Of a stretch of 59,096 nt of DNA, positions 19,467-27,555 are shown in pieces. The first letter of the stretch is position 1. The number at the start of each line of letters is the position of its first letter. The notes beneath the pieces are model-generated. The model did no database searches. It was not told the DNA's origin and was given only the letters and a program-made list of their open reading frames with translations. The DNA comes from an uncultured Boseongicola sp. GTDB lineage: Bacteria; Pseudomonadota; Alphaproteobacteria; Rhodobacterales; Rhodobacteraceae. The stretch covers positions 1 to 59,096 of the forward strand of contig CALLWO010000001.1 of assembly GCA_938016355.1 (NCBI GenBank). The letters run 5' to 3'. Made by a program: the position numbers and the translations under genes.

Positions 19467-19868
19467 ATGGATCAAAATGAACACCATGAATTGACTGTTT
19501 TGAAAACACTCGCCAATGCCAAAAAACTGCGTGTGCAGGCGGATCTCGCGGAAGTTGACGCAGCAATAAATGCGCTCATGGCTGAGATCGAAACACTTGG
19601 CCGGCCGATATTGCCTTCTGTCGGTGATGTGCTCCATGCCGCCGCAGCTGACGATTGGGCATTCCACCGTCGGTCTTTGAAGTCGCAAGCGAATATGCAA
19701 CTGGCACAGCTTCGCGCACGTCGCGAACCGGTTGCGACAGAGGCGGCCCGCCTGTCTTCTCTCGAAGACGTTCTAACCGAGGCGATGCTCAAACAAGACA
19801 GCGCGCTGGCGTCAAAAATGCGCAAACGCGAACTCGACGCATTGCTTTTGAAAATCGCAATAAGCTAG
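19467..19868 (+). CDS. Hypothetical coiled-coil protein abutting flhB (possible FliJ-like export chaperone)
   Basis: The ATG directly follows the flhB TAG (TAGATG). 133 aa, predicted all-helical and charged. No other fliJ candidate is visible in the cluster. Confidence 0.6.
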   Translation: MDQNEHHELTVLKTLANAKKLRVQADLAEVDAAINALMAEIETLGRPILPSVGDVLHAAAADDWAFHRRSLKSQANMQLAQLRARREPVATEAARLSSLEDVLTEAMLKQDSALASKMRKRELDALLLKIAIS

Positions 19869-19885
19869 GCGCGTCTCACGCTGTC

Positions 19886-20383
19886 TTACATTTCCTGACG
19901 AACTATGTCGGTGATCAAGATATCCGAGACATCTTTGCCAAGCGTGGCCTGCGCGGCTTCAAGCAAGGCGACACGCAAAAGCGAAAGCCGACCGCTCTCC
20001 GTAAACGCACCATCGAACCCGCCCATATAGGCGTGATCGAACAGAACTCGAAGGAACGCGTCACGCAGTTTCGGCTCACGTGCATAAATAGTATCCACCG
20101 CTTCAGGTACCGTCTCCAGCGAGAGTGACATAACAACCAAAGAGCGTACCAACTCGTCACGCACCACCGGGATGACAAACTGGTTTTGCAAGCGAAGGTA
20201 TTCAAGTTCCTCCTCCTTTTCGTCGGATGCCTTGCCATCCTCGCTTTTCTTATCGGCCTTTTGACAACCGTCATCCTTACAATCTTCAACTACCTTCTCA
20301 GGCGCGAGAAACAATCCGGCCCCGGCGCCGATCCCGGTTCCGAGCAGAGCCAGAATGAGTGGAAAAAGGAGCTTCATGATCAA
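19886..20383 (-). CDS. Second FliL-like basal-body-associated protein
   Basis: N-terminal TM segment, an acidic/Lys-rich insert, then EYLRLQNQFVIPVVRDELVRSLVVMSLSLE...LRDAFLRVLF (FliL-like pattern). It is the last gene of the flgB operon. Confidence 0.65.
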   Translation of the reverse strand: MIMKLLFPLILALLGTGIGAGAGLFLAPEKVVEDCKDDGCQKADKKSEDGKASDEKEEELEYLRLQNQFVIPVVRDELVRSLVVMSLSLETVPEAVDTIYAREPKLRDAFLRVLFDHAYMGGFDGAFTESGRLSLLRVALLEAAQATLGKDVSDILITDIVRQEM

Positions 20384-20387
20384 TCAC

Positions 20388-21113
20388 TCAAAACGGCAGG
20401 AGAATATCGGCGACTTGCTGGCCCACGCGCGGTTGTTGGACATCGCTGATCTGACCGCGCCCACCGTAGGAAATGCGTGCGGCAGCGATCTTGTCATAGG
20501 TAATTTCGTTCTGGCGCGAGATATCCTCGGGCCGAACGTACCCCGTCACGAGCAGCTCTCTTATTTCAAAATTAACCCGCACTTCCTGGCTACCCTGCAA
20601 ACGCAGAACGCCATTCTCAAGAACGTCGACAATTGTCGCTGCAACGCGAAGCTCAAGCTTTTCGTTGCGCCGGACAGAGCCGTTCCCCGAGCTGCTCGAA
20701 CTGGACGAAAGATCAGCCGCATTTGCCAGGCTCGCGCCTCCGGGAAGCACGCGATCAACGATCTGCGGAACTCCTAAAAGCGATGGGGCACTCATGGATT
20801 CCGAGCCGTTTCGTGCGCGCGACGAGGCATTGGAAATCTCGGCGCGTTCATCAATTTCGATTACGACGGTCAGAATGTCACCTTGGCGTTCCGCGCGACG
20901 ATCTCCCAAAAGCGAACCACGCGCGCCGCTCCAAAGCGACGCATCATGCCGATTGCGCATCCCGTCCCGGCCAAGGGGCATGGTGGCACGCATGGATTGT
21001 GCCTCGGCGGAGGTGTCAATCGGCGTAAACTCCGGCACTTTCCCGACGTTTTCGAGCCGGGCGCAAGCCGAAATCACAACAAACAGGACCAAAACTCCAA
21101 ACAACTTATGCAC
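20388..21113 (-). CDS. flgH: Flagellar L-ring lipoprotein FlgH
   Basis: Lipobox VISAC, then SLWSGARGSLLGDRRAERQGDILTVVIEIDE and the C-terminal ISYGGRGQISDVQQP. Confidence 0.93.
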   Translation of the reverse strand: MHKLFGVLVLFVVISACARLENVGKVPEFTPIDTSAEAQSMRATMPLGRDGMRNRHDASLWSGARGSLLGDRRAERQGDILTVVIEIDERAEISNASSRARNGSESMSAPSLLGVPQIVDRVLPGGASLANAADLSSSSSSSGNGSVRRNEKLELRVAATIVDVLENGVLRLQGSQEVRVNFEIRELLVTGYVRPEDISRQNEITYDKIAAARISYGGRGQISDVQQPRVGQQVADILLPF

Positions 21114-21115
21114 GG

Positions 21116-21559
21116 CTATCCACCTCTATTGTTGAACGAAGGCGACACCAAAATTGCCCCATCCTTCGTGACATGGCCCGATACGGTCGTCCGGGAGGAG
21201 ACGTTCATCACACGAATGCGCTCACCCGCCGCACCTCGACCAAGCGCGCGCCCTTCCGTCGTGATCACAAGGCCACCGCGCGAATAGATCAGTTCCACAA
21301 ATTGGTTGCGCTCGACTAATGCTGGCGCTCCGATGTCGCTCGGGCGAATTGGTCGCCCTGGATAAAGCGTGATCTTGGTTTCCTGTCCGACAATTTCCGT
21401 GGCGTTTCGAAACGCGCCGGGTATCACTTGATCCAGCACCGCGAGATCTTCGGCGCCAAGAATAACATGAGGTCGGATGGCGCGTACTGTCGTAAGGCTT
21501 TCGGCCCAGGCAGAATGCGCTACAAATATCATAATAACCAATGTCATAGAGCGTATCAT
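21116..21559 (-). CDS. flgA: P-ring assembly chaperone FlgA
   Basis: Signal peptide plus a SAF-like domain (RPIRPSDIGAPALVERNQFVELIY...GERIRVMN). ATGA overlap with the flgG stop. Confidence 0.85.
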   Translation of the reverse strand: MIRSMTLVIMIFVAHSAWAESLTTVRAIRPHVILGAEDLAVLDQVIPGAFRNATEIVGQETKITLYPGRPIRPSDIGAPALVERNQFVELIYSRGGLVITTEGRALGRGAAGERIRVMNVSSRTTVSGHVTKDGAILVSPSFNNRGG

Positions 21560-22341
21560 CTGACTTGCACCGTCGCACCAAGCATCTGATCCGCTGCGGA
21601 GATTACTTTTGCGTTCAGTTCATACCCACGCTGGGCTTCAATCAATTCTGTAATTTCACGCACCGCATCGACCGAACTGCTTTCCAGATAGCCCTGTCTT
21701 AATCGGCCCAATCCGTCGGCGCCGGGTGCTGCCGTGAAAGGTGCTCCCGACGCAGGTGATTCAAGAAACAAGTTCGACCCGATGGCTTCCAACCCCATTG
21801 GATTTACGAACCCTGACAGAGTGAATTGCCCGAGCAACTCCGGTTCTACCCGGTCGTCAAAATAGGCATAAACCTCGCCGTCGGCGTTGATGGAAATCGA
21901 ACGCGCGTCTTCCGGGACGGTTACATCCGGCACGACAGGATATCCGTCTGACGTCACGATCAAACCTTCAGCAGACCGCTTCAAACCGCCATCTCGGGTA
22001 TACCCTGACAGGCCCGATGGAAGCGTGACTTCCAAAAAGCCCTGACCTTCGATCGCCAGATCTAAATCGCCACCGGTGGATTCGCTCGAACCCTGTTGTA
22101 GCGTCATTGAAACCGCCGCAGCGCGCACGCCAAGCCCAAGTTGAACGCCTGTTGGAAGAACTGAGCCGTCGGCCGCGTTGATCGTCCCCGGACGGGACGC
22201 TTGCTGATAATGGAGATCCGCGAACTCGGCGCGACGTGCATTGTATCCGGTCGTGCTCATATTCGCGAGGTTATTGGAAACCACTTCGACGCGCATTTGC
22301 TGCGCGCTCATTCCTGTAGCTGCTATCGTAAGGGCTCGCAT
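21556..22341 (-). CDS. flgG: Distal rod protein FlgG
   Basis: MRALTIAATGMSAQQMRVEVVSNNLANMSTTGYNARRAEF and the C-terminal LIEAQRGYELNAKVISAADQML. Confidence 0.95.
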   Translation of the reverse strand: MRALTIAATGMSAQQMRVEVVSNNLANMSTTGYNARRAEFADLHYQQASRPGTINAADGSVLPTGVQLGLGVRAAAVSMTLQQGSSESTGGDLDLAIEGQGFLEVTLPSGLSGYTRDGGLKRSAEGLIVTSDGYPVVPDVTVPEDARSISINADGEVYAYFDDRVEPELLGQFTLSGFVNPMGLEAIGSNLFLESPASGAPFTAAPGADGLGRLRQGYLESSSVDAVREITELIEAQRGYELNAKVISAADQMLGATVQVR

Positions 22342-22354
22342 GGCTCAGTTCTCC

Positions 22355-23071
22355 TTATTCGCCGACCGTTCGGATGGTGCTTCGGATGCGTTCGTCTTCC
22401 CGGTCAAGAAATGTTTGGCCAAGCTCATAGGCACGCTGAACTTCGATCATTCGTGCCAGTTCGCTGACCGGATCAACGTTTGAACTCTCTAGAAAACCCT
22501 GAAGCATGCGCCCACTTTCAAGCGGAACCGGCGCGCCGCCCGGCTCAAAGCGAACGCCTTCTGCGCGCAACATTTTGAGCGGATTTTCGGGCCCCCACAA
22601 TCCGATTTGCGCCACCAATTGCCCATCAGCAGACATCGTTCCGTCGGCGCCAATGGCGATGCTTTGTGCATCGGGTGGGACGAAGATGGGCCCGCCGGCG
22701 GCATCTAACAAAGCCGCGCCATCGGGTGCCACAAGGATACCCTCGGGAGACGGCGTAAAGGCACCGGCGCGGGTCAATCGATCACCGTCAGGCGTCGCAA
22801 CCAAGAAAAAGCCTTCCCCCTCAATGGCCACGTCGAATGTCCCGTTGGTCATCGTCAACGCGCCTTGGGTCAGGTCACTGTTGCGCACGTTTGCGTTCGC
22901 CATGGCAAGCGCTTCTTCGCGCGTGCCTAGATCGACGACGTGCTCTGAAAAGATCACACCTTCAGCGCGGTAGCCTGTCGTGCCCAGATTTGCGATGTTC
23001 TGCGCCACACTCGACATGCTGCGCAAAAGGCCTGCCTGTCGGTTGAGCGTGGTATATCCCGTATTATCCAT
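22355..23071 (-). CDS. flgF: Proximal rod protein FlgF
   Basis: Rod-family N-terminus (AQNIANLGTTGYRAEG) and C-terminus (MIEVQRAYELGQTFL); positioned upstream of flgG. Confidence 0.9.
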   Translation of the reverse strand: MDNTGYTTLNRQAGLLRSMSSVAQNIANLGTTGYRAEGVIFSEHVVDLGTREEALAMANANVRNSDLTQGALTMTNGTFDVAIEGEGFFLVATPDGDRLTRAGAFTPSPEGILVAPDGAALLDAAGGPIFVPPDAQSIAIGADGTMSADGQLVAQIGLWGPENPLKMLRAEGVRFEPGGAPVPLESGRMLQGFLESSNVDPVSELARMIEVQRAYELGQTFLDREDERIRSTIRTVGE

Positions 23072-23074
23072 CGC

Positions 23075-23341
23075 TCAGAACGCCACAATCATAGGGATAA
23101 TTGTCGTGGTGAAATAACCCGCCAAAGTCGCCGTCATGAATCCCATAGACGCCCAAAATACGACCAACATCGCACCAAGTTTTGGTACGAAGGTGAGCGT
23201 CATTTCTTGAATTGACGTCAACGCCTGAACCAGCCCGACCAGAATGCCGATCACGAGCGCGACGAACAAAATCGGCGCGGACATCATCACGCCCGCCCAA
23301 AGCCCTTGCCGAAGCACGTCATAGAACACCATTTCCGGCAT
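23075..23341 (-). CDS. fliQ: Flagellar export apparatus protein FliQ
   Basis: An 88-aa product starts at the ATG at 23341-23339: MPEMVFYDVLRQGLWAGVMMSAPILFVALVIGILVGLVQALTSIQEMTLTFVPK. The longer track ORF (to 23725) overlaps fliE in another frame and is rejected. TGATG junction with the fliE stop. Confidence 0.93.
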   Translation of the reverse strand: MPEMVFYDVLRQGLWAGVMMSAPILFVALVIGILVGLVQALTSIQEMTLTFVPKLGAMLVVFWASMGFMTATLAGYFTTTIIPMIVAF

Positions 23342-23640
23342 CAGACCGGCATCCTCAAAATCTCTTGATAAGCTTCCACAACGCGGTCGCGAACAGTCAC
23401 GGCCGTTTCGACGGCCAATTGTGTGTTGGCCAAGGCTTCGACCAACGCGTGTGGATCGGCGTTGCTGGTCATGGCGTTCATCGCTGTTGCTTCGGCATTT
23501 GCCAGCGTTTTGGTGAAATCTTCTGCCACGTCCCGAAAGGCTTGCCCCGCACCCGTTGCGTTTTGGGCCGCCGCGCCGCTTTGGGCGGCGCCTTTCGAAT
23601 TGGCATAACCCTGAAGGGCCTGAATTGCTTTGATATCCAT
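23341..23640 (-). CDS. fliE: Hook-basal-body complex protein FliE
   Basis: 99 aa with C-terminal ALANTQLAVETAVTVRDRVVEAYQEILRMPV, typical of FliE; positioned after flgC. Confidence 0.85.
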   Translation of the reverse strand: MDIKAIQALQGYANSKGAAQSGAAAQNATGAGQAFRDVAEDFTKTLANAEATAMNAMTSNADPHALVEALANTQLAVETAVTVRDRVVEAYQEILRMPV

Positions 23641-23651
23641 CTTTTTCTCCG

Positions 23652-24044
23652 TCAGCGCCGCAGAAGTTCGAGCAGGCTTGACCGCATTTTACGGGCCTGG
23701 TCGAACATTCTGAGGTTGGCTTCATAGCTTCGCTGAGCCTCGCGCGCGTCGGCGATCTCCATCACAAGATCGACGTTCGATCCGTCAAAATACCCCTTGG
23801 CATCGGCCATAGGGTGAGACGGATCATGAATGCGATCCAACGCACTTTGGTCCAATTCAACCGGACCGGTTCTGACTTGGCCAGTTTCACGGCCATTGGC
23901 GACGACGGCTTCGAACGTCGTCATCTTCCGCCGATATCCCGGCGTATCTGCATTCGCGATATTCTCCGATACGAACCGAAGGCGATCCGCCTGCGCTCGC
24001 ATTCCCGACGCGCTTGTTGATGTACTGTTGTGCAATCCATCCAT
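23652..24044 (-). CDS. flgC: Proximal rod protein FlgC
   Basis: SGMRAQADRLRFVSENIANADTPGYRRK and the C-terminal AREAQRSYEANLRMFDQARKM. Confidence 0.95.
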   Translation of the reverse strand: MDGLHNSTSTSASGMRAQADRLRFVSENIANADTPGYRRKMTTFEAVVANGRETGQVRTGPVELDQSALDRIHDPSHPMADAKGYFDGSNVDLVMEIADAREAQRSYEANLRMFDQARKMRSSLLELLRR

Positions 24045-24050
24045 GACCTG

Positions 24051-24440
24051 TTACCTCCCGCGACCCATGGCCGTACGCATGATATCAAGCGATGATTTGT
24101 AGACGGTCAGTGCCAGTGTGTGGCTAGATTGGGCTCGTGTCGCGCGCACCATTTCTTCTTCGAGCGACACTGTATTGCCGTTCGGGGATGCGCGACCTCC
24201 AACATCAATTGTAGCCCAACGCTGAATGCTTTGATCTGCTTGGATGTGCGCGGCCCGCGTTGCTTTCGCAGCAAGCGTCGGGTCGGCTCGCATCATCGTG
24301 TCTTTGAAACTGTCGAGATCACGCGCGCGAAATCCGGGCGTGTCTGCATTCGCGATATTCCTCGCGACGATAGACTGGCGCTGCCCTGAATAACGGGCAA
24401 GGTCCTGCGCCATGCGCATCACTTCTGGTGCTTCGAACAT
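24051..24440 (-). CDS. flgB: Proximal rod protein FlgB
   Basis: RQSIVARNIANADTPGFRARDL. I prefer the ATG at 24440, which is preceded by a GAGGGAGA RBS. The track ORF starts at 24470. Confidence 0.9.
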   Translation of the reverse strand: MFEAPEVMRMAQDLARYSGQRQSIVARNIANADTPGFRARDLDSFKDTMMRADPTLAAKATRAAHIQADQSIQRWATIDVGGRASPNGNTVSLEEEMVRATRAQSSHTLALTVYKSSLDIMRTAMGRGR

Positions 24441-24501
24441 CGGGGCTTCTCCCTCGAGTAGATGCACCAAGGCTTAACCCTGATTCGTTTATAAACCGTT
24501 C

Positions 24502-25893
24502 TTGAGACCCAATCATTTTTCGAAAAAGGGGACCGATTTGCATTTGCCTGGTCTGGATCAGATTGCGTTCGCTCTGAAGCGACTTCCGCGGACACGCACC
24601 GTTGCGCGCGTCTCTGCAATGCAGGCAAATCATGTCGAAATCAGAAATGCGCCGGCCAAAATGGGCCTCGGGCATCAGGTGAAATTTCTTAGGAAAGGAT
24701 GCACCCTTACCGGTGAAGTCGTAACGATTGAGGCAAACAAAGCTCAGGTCGTAGTCGAAGGGCTCTATGATGAAATCGCCATTGGCGATCCATTGGTTCA
24801 TCTCGGCCCTTATGAAATCGCCCCTGATGACAGTTGGGTTGGTCGAGTGATTGATCCCGCTGGCCGCCCACTTGATGAAAAGCCGCTCATTCAAGGGCCC
24901 GTCCCGCGCCCCATTGTCGGCAATCCGCCGCCTGCGGCGGCTCGGCGATCGCTCGGCGCGCGGCTCAAAACAGGACTTCATGCGCTGAACACATTTCTCC
25001 CAATAGTACGCGGTCAAAGACTTGGACTTTTCGCCGGGTCTGGCGTTGGAAAATCCAATTTGTTGGGATCCCTCGCGGCAGACCTCGAAGCTGACATTGT
25101 GGTCGTCGGGTTGGTTGGCGAGCGCGGACGTGAAGTCGGCGCGTTTGTGCGCCACATTTTGGGACCAGCGGGTATGGCGCGCACGATCGTTGTCGCGGCG
25201 ACGTCGGATCAGCCGAGCCTCACAAGAAGGCGCGCTGCTCTGACGGCAGCATCCATCGCCGAACATTTTCGCGATAAGGGGCAGCACGTTTTGTTGATGA
25301 TTGATTCCATCACACGATTGGCGGAAGCTCACCGTGAAATCACAGCCGCCGCCGGTGAACCCCCCACAATGCGAGGGTTTCCACCGTCGATGGTTCCGTT
25401 TCTCGCCTCTCTCGCCGAACGCGCCGGTCCGGGGGCCGAAGGGCAGGGCGACATTACCGCCGTCTTCTCCGTGCTCGTCGCAGGTTCAGACATGGAAGAG
25501 CCTGTTGCAGATACATTGCGCGGCCTTTTGGACGGCCATATTGTCTTATCACGTGACATCGCCGAACGTGGTCGGTTTCCAGCGATCGATATTTTAAAAT
25601 CGGTGTCGCGCGCGCTCCCTGATGCGGCGACTCCATCTGAGAACGACACTCTCAGATTGGCAAAAGCCAATTTGGCGCTCTATGAGAAATCCGAAATCAT
25701 GATCCGTTCGGGGCTCTACCAAATGGGAGCAAACCCGGAATTGGATGATGCCGTTGACCATCATCCCGCGCTTGATAAATTCATCGCGACACGTTTCGAC
25801 GGGTCCATTTTAGGGAGTTTCGAGGCCCTCGCGGAAATACTCTTTGGAAAGCGCGTTAACCCGGATGAACCGATTCAGAAAGATGCGACATAG
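24502..25893 (+). CDS. fliI: Flagellum-specific ATPase FliI
   Basis: Walker A GSGVGKSNLLG, Walker B VLLMIDSITR, F1/T3SS ATPase fold. The start is uncertain: in-frame TTG codons occur at 24502, 24538 (preceded by AAGGGG) and 24544. Confidence 0.92.
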   Translation: MRPNHFSKKGTDLHLPGLDQIAFALKRLPRTRTVARVSAMQANHVEIRNAPAKMGLGHQVKFLRKGCTLTGEVVTIEANKAQVVVEGLYDEIAIGDPLVHLGPYEIAPDDSWVGRVIDPAGRPLDEKPLIQGPVPRPIVGNPPPAAARRSLGARLKTGLHALNTFLPIVRGQRLGLFAGSGVGKSNLLGSLAADLEADIVVVGLVGERGREVGAFVRHILGPAGMARTIVVAATSDQPSLTRRRAALTAASIAEHFRDKGQHVLLMIDSITRLAEAHREITAAAGEPPTMRGFPPSMVPFLASLAERAGPGAEGQGDITAVFSVLVAGSDMEEPVADTLRGLLDGHIVLSRDIAERGRFPAIDILKSVSRALPDAATPSENDTLRLAKANLALYEKSEIMIRSGLYQMGANPELDDAVDHHPALDKFIATRFDGSILGSFEALAEILFGKRVNPDEPIQKDAT

Positions 25894-26697
25894 TCAGAAA
25901 ATTGGTGCTTGAGCACGCAGAAGACTAAGGGCAACTGCTCCGCCGGAGGTCGCGGATGCGGAAGTACTCAGGTCGGCTTGAAGCAAGAATTTTCGGATCA
26001 ACGCCTCTTGGTTTTCATCGCTCAACAGGTCGGAAGGGTTTGTGGTTCCAAACACGCCCAAGGATTTCTCGCGGAAGATTTCCAATTGGCGATCCAGATC
26101 TAAAGCGCCGATTTGCGGCGGCAGTCTGAAGGCCCCTTCGAAAACTGCCCGCAAAGGAGGCGTTCCCATGATTGTAAACCAGGCGGCTGTTTCACTCATG
26201 TTGTTTGACTTGATCGTTTCCAATTCTCGCTCCAAGCCAAGCGCCAACCGAAGATTGACATCTTGTTCGCCCACAGCTGCTTCGAATTGCCGGGTCTTGT
26301 AGTTGTCGATTACGGCATCCGGAAAATCGCTCAGAACTGTATTTGGGGGATCGAGGTCAAAGCCAAACGCTTCAGCCATTGCAAAATAGCGTTTGTCGCT
26401 CAAACGATTTGCGAACGCAGCGTCATCAAGCGTGCCTTCTTCCAACACCTTCTTGACGAAGAACTTGTTGTTTATGTCATCTTCCAGCCCAAAGGCGCCA
26501 AGTGCCACTTCCAGCAAGCGTCGGTCCGAAACCAAGGATTCGGCGGAATCTATATTTGCGATGGTGTCTCGAAAGTACTCTGTGTTTCGCGTAATTCCGG
26601 CAGATCCGTCAAAAGCGGCCTGTTGTGCGTCTCGGGTCTTGTTTAGAAAACTCCAGCCAACATTTCCACCAAACGGAATGATTGGTTGGAAACTCAT
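25894..26697 (-). CDS. DUF1217-like flagellar-cluster protein
   Basis: N-terminal FGGNVGWSFLNKTRDAQQAAF...EYFRDTI...LLEVALGAFGLEDDINNKFFVKKVLEEG matches my recollection of DUF1217 repeats. ATGA overlap with the flbT stop. Confidence 0.7.
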   Translation of the reverse strand: MSFQPIIPFGGNVGWSFLNKTRDAQQAAFDGSAGITRNTEYFRDTIANIDSAESLVSDRRLLEVALGAFGLEDDINNKFFVKKVLEEGTLDDAAFANRLSDKRYFAMAEAFGFDLDPPNTVLSDFPDAVIDNYKTRQFEAAVGEQDVNLRLALGLERELETIKSNNMSETAAWFTIMGTPPLRAVFEGAFRLPPQIGALDLDRQLEIFREKSLGVFGTTNPSDLLSDENQEALIRKFLLQADLSTSASATSGGAVALSLLRAQAPIF

Positions 26698-27098
26698 TGG
26701 GCAGCGGTCGCCAAAAGACGTTCTTCGCGTGGAAGTAATCCTCTTAGAGCCTTCAATGCTTGATAGAACTGGTCTTCTATCACTGCGTTCGTCGCCGACT
26801 GAAGCAGGCGCGAGCTGTCGGGATCAAAAAACACCTGGCTAAGCTGTTCGATACCGGACAACAATTGAGGCCTGGCGTCCCCAACATCAGCATCTCCGGA
26901 CAAAACGAGTTGCGCGATATAGCAAACACGGCGAACCGGTGTTTTCGCGTCTTCCGGGTGTAGCGCGTCTTTGAGCCTCAAAATGTTGGCGTTTGGGGTT
27001 TTGATAGAAAGACGCGTTCTGCGCTCACCGTTTTCTATGACCGCACCGTTGATCAGAACGCGTTCTTTGGGTGCGAGCTTTAAGACCAAACCACTCAT
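26694..27098 (-). CDS. flbT: Flagellin synthesis regulator FlbT
   Basis: MSGLVLKLAPKERVLINGAVIENGERRTRLSIKTPNANILRLKDALHPE is the typical FlbT N-terminus. ATGA overlap with the flaF stop. Confidence 0.85.
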   Translation of the reverse strand: MSGLVLKLAPKERVLINGAVIENGERRTRLSIKTPNANILRLKDALHPEDAKTPVRRVCYIAQLVLSGDADVGDARPQLLSGIEQLSQVFFDPDSSRLLQSATNAVIEDQFYQALKALRGLLPREERLLATAAQ

Positions 27099-27472
27099 GA
27101 TGCCTCCTCAGGTGGGCGCAAACCTTGCATGATGGCTGCATTTATTTCGATAAGAACGCCAACATCGCCTTCGCCTCGTAGAAGGCGTTTGGATTCATTT
27201 TCAGTGAATTCGGCCAGCCAGAAAAGTCGTGCTTTCAGCTCTTGCGGCAACTGATTGCCGTTTTGGGCAACATCGATTGCGATTGTCGTCCATAAACGAC
27301 GATTGTCCGACACAGCGCTCGCAAATTCGGGAAAGCTCTCGCGACGGTTGTTCGCAGCGTTTCGCAATCTGTGAGAAATTTTGCTAAAGGCGTCGTATTC
27401 AACAGATCGCGAAGAACGCGCCGGTGACGAGGCTTCCGCATAGGCAGAGATGGCGCGCTGAGCTAATGTCAC
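27095..27472 (-). CDS. flaF: Flagellar biosynthesis regulator FlaF
   Basis: AYAEASSP...YDAFSKISHRL...AVSDNRRLWTTIAIDVAQNGNQLPQELKARLFWLAEF (FlaF signature). Confidence 0.85.
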   Translation of the reverse strand: MTLAQRAISAYAEASSPARSSRSVEYDAFSKISHRLRNAANNRRESFPEFASAVSDNRRLWTTIAIDVAQNGNQLPQELKARLFWLAEFTENESKRLLRGEGDVGVLIEINAAIMQGLRPPEEAS

Positions 27473-27521
27473 GAAGGAAACTCCAGATTATTGTGCCCGA
27501 TTTGGGTCGAAGGGTCGTGAA

Positions 27522-27548
27522 GGCGGGCGCCCGAACAGAGCGCCCGCC
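27522..27548 (-). terminator. GC-rich hairpin between the flagellin stop and flaF (9-bp perfect stem, weak U tract)
   Basis: GGCGGGCGC-N9-GCGCCCGCC. On the minus strand it starts 8 nt after the fliC stop and is followed only by TT. Confidence 0.35.
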
Positions 27549-27555
27549 AAATCTG

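Noticed and set aside
23342-23725. The N-terminal 128-aa extension of the FliQ ORF (track ORF 23075-23725).
   Set aside because: The extension overlaps fliE and flgC in another frame and is Arg/Gly-rich. The canonical 88-aa FliQ starts at the internal ATG at 23341.
24319-25332. A 337-aa ORF antisense to fliI and flgB.
   Set aside because: It is a shadow frame of well-supported genes. The product is Arg/Cys-rich and has no family resemblance.
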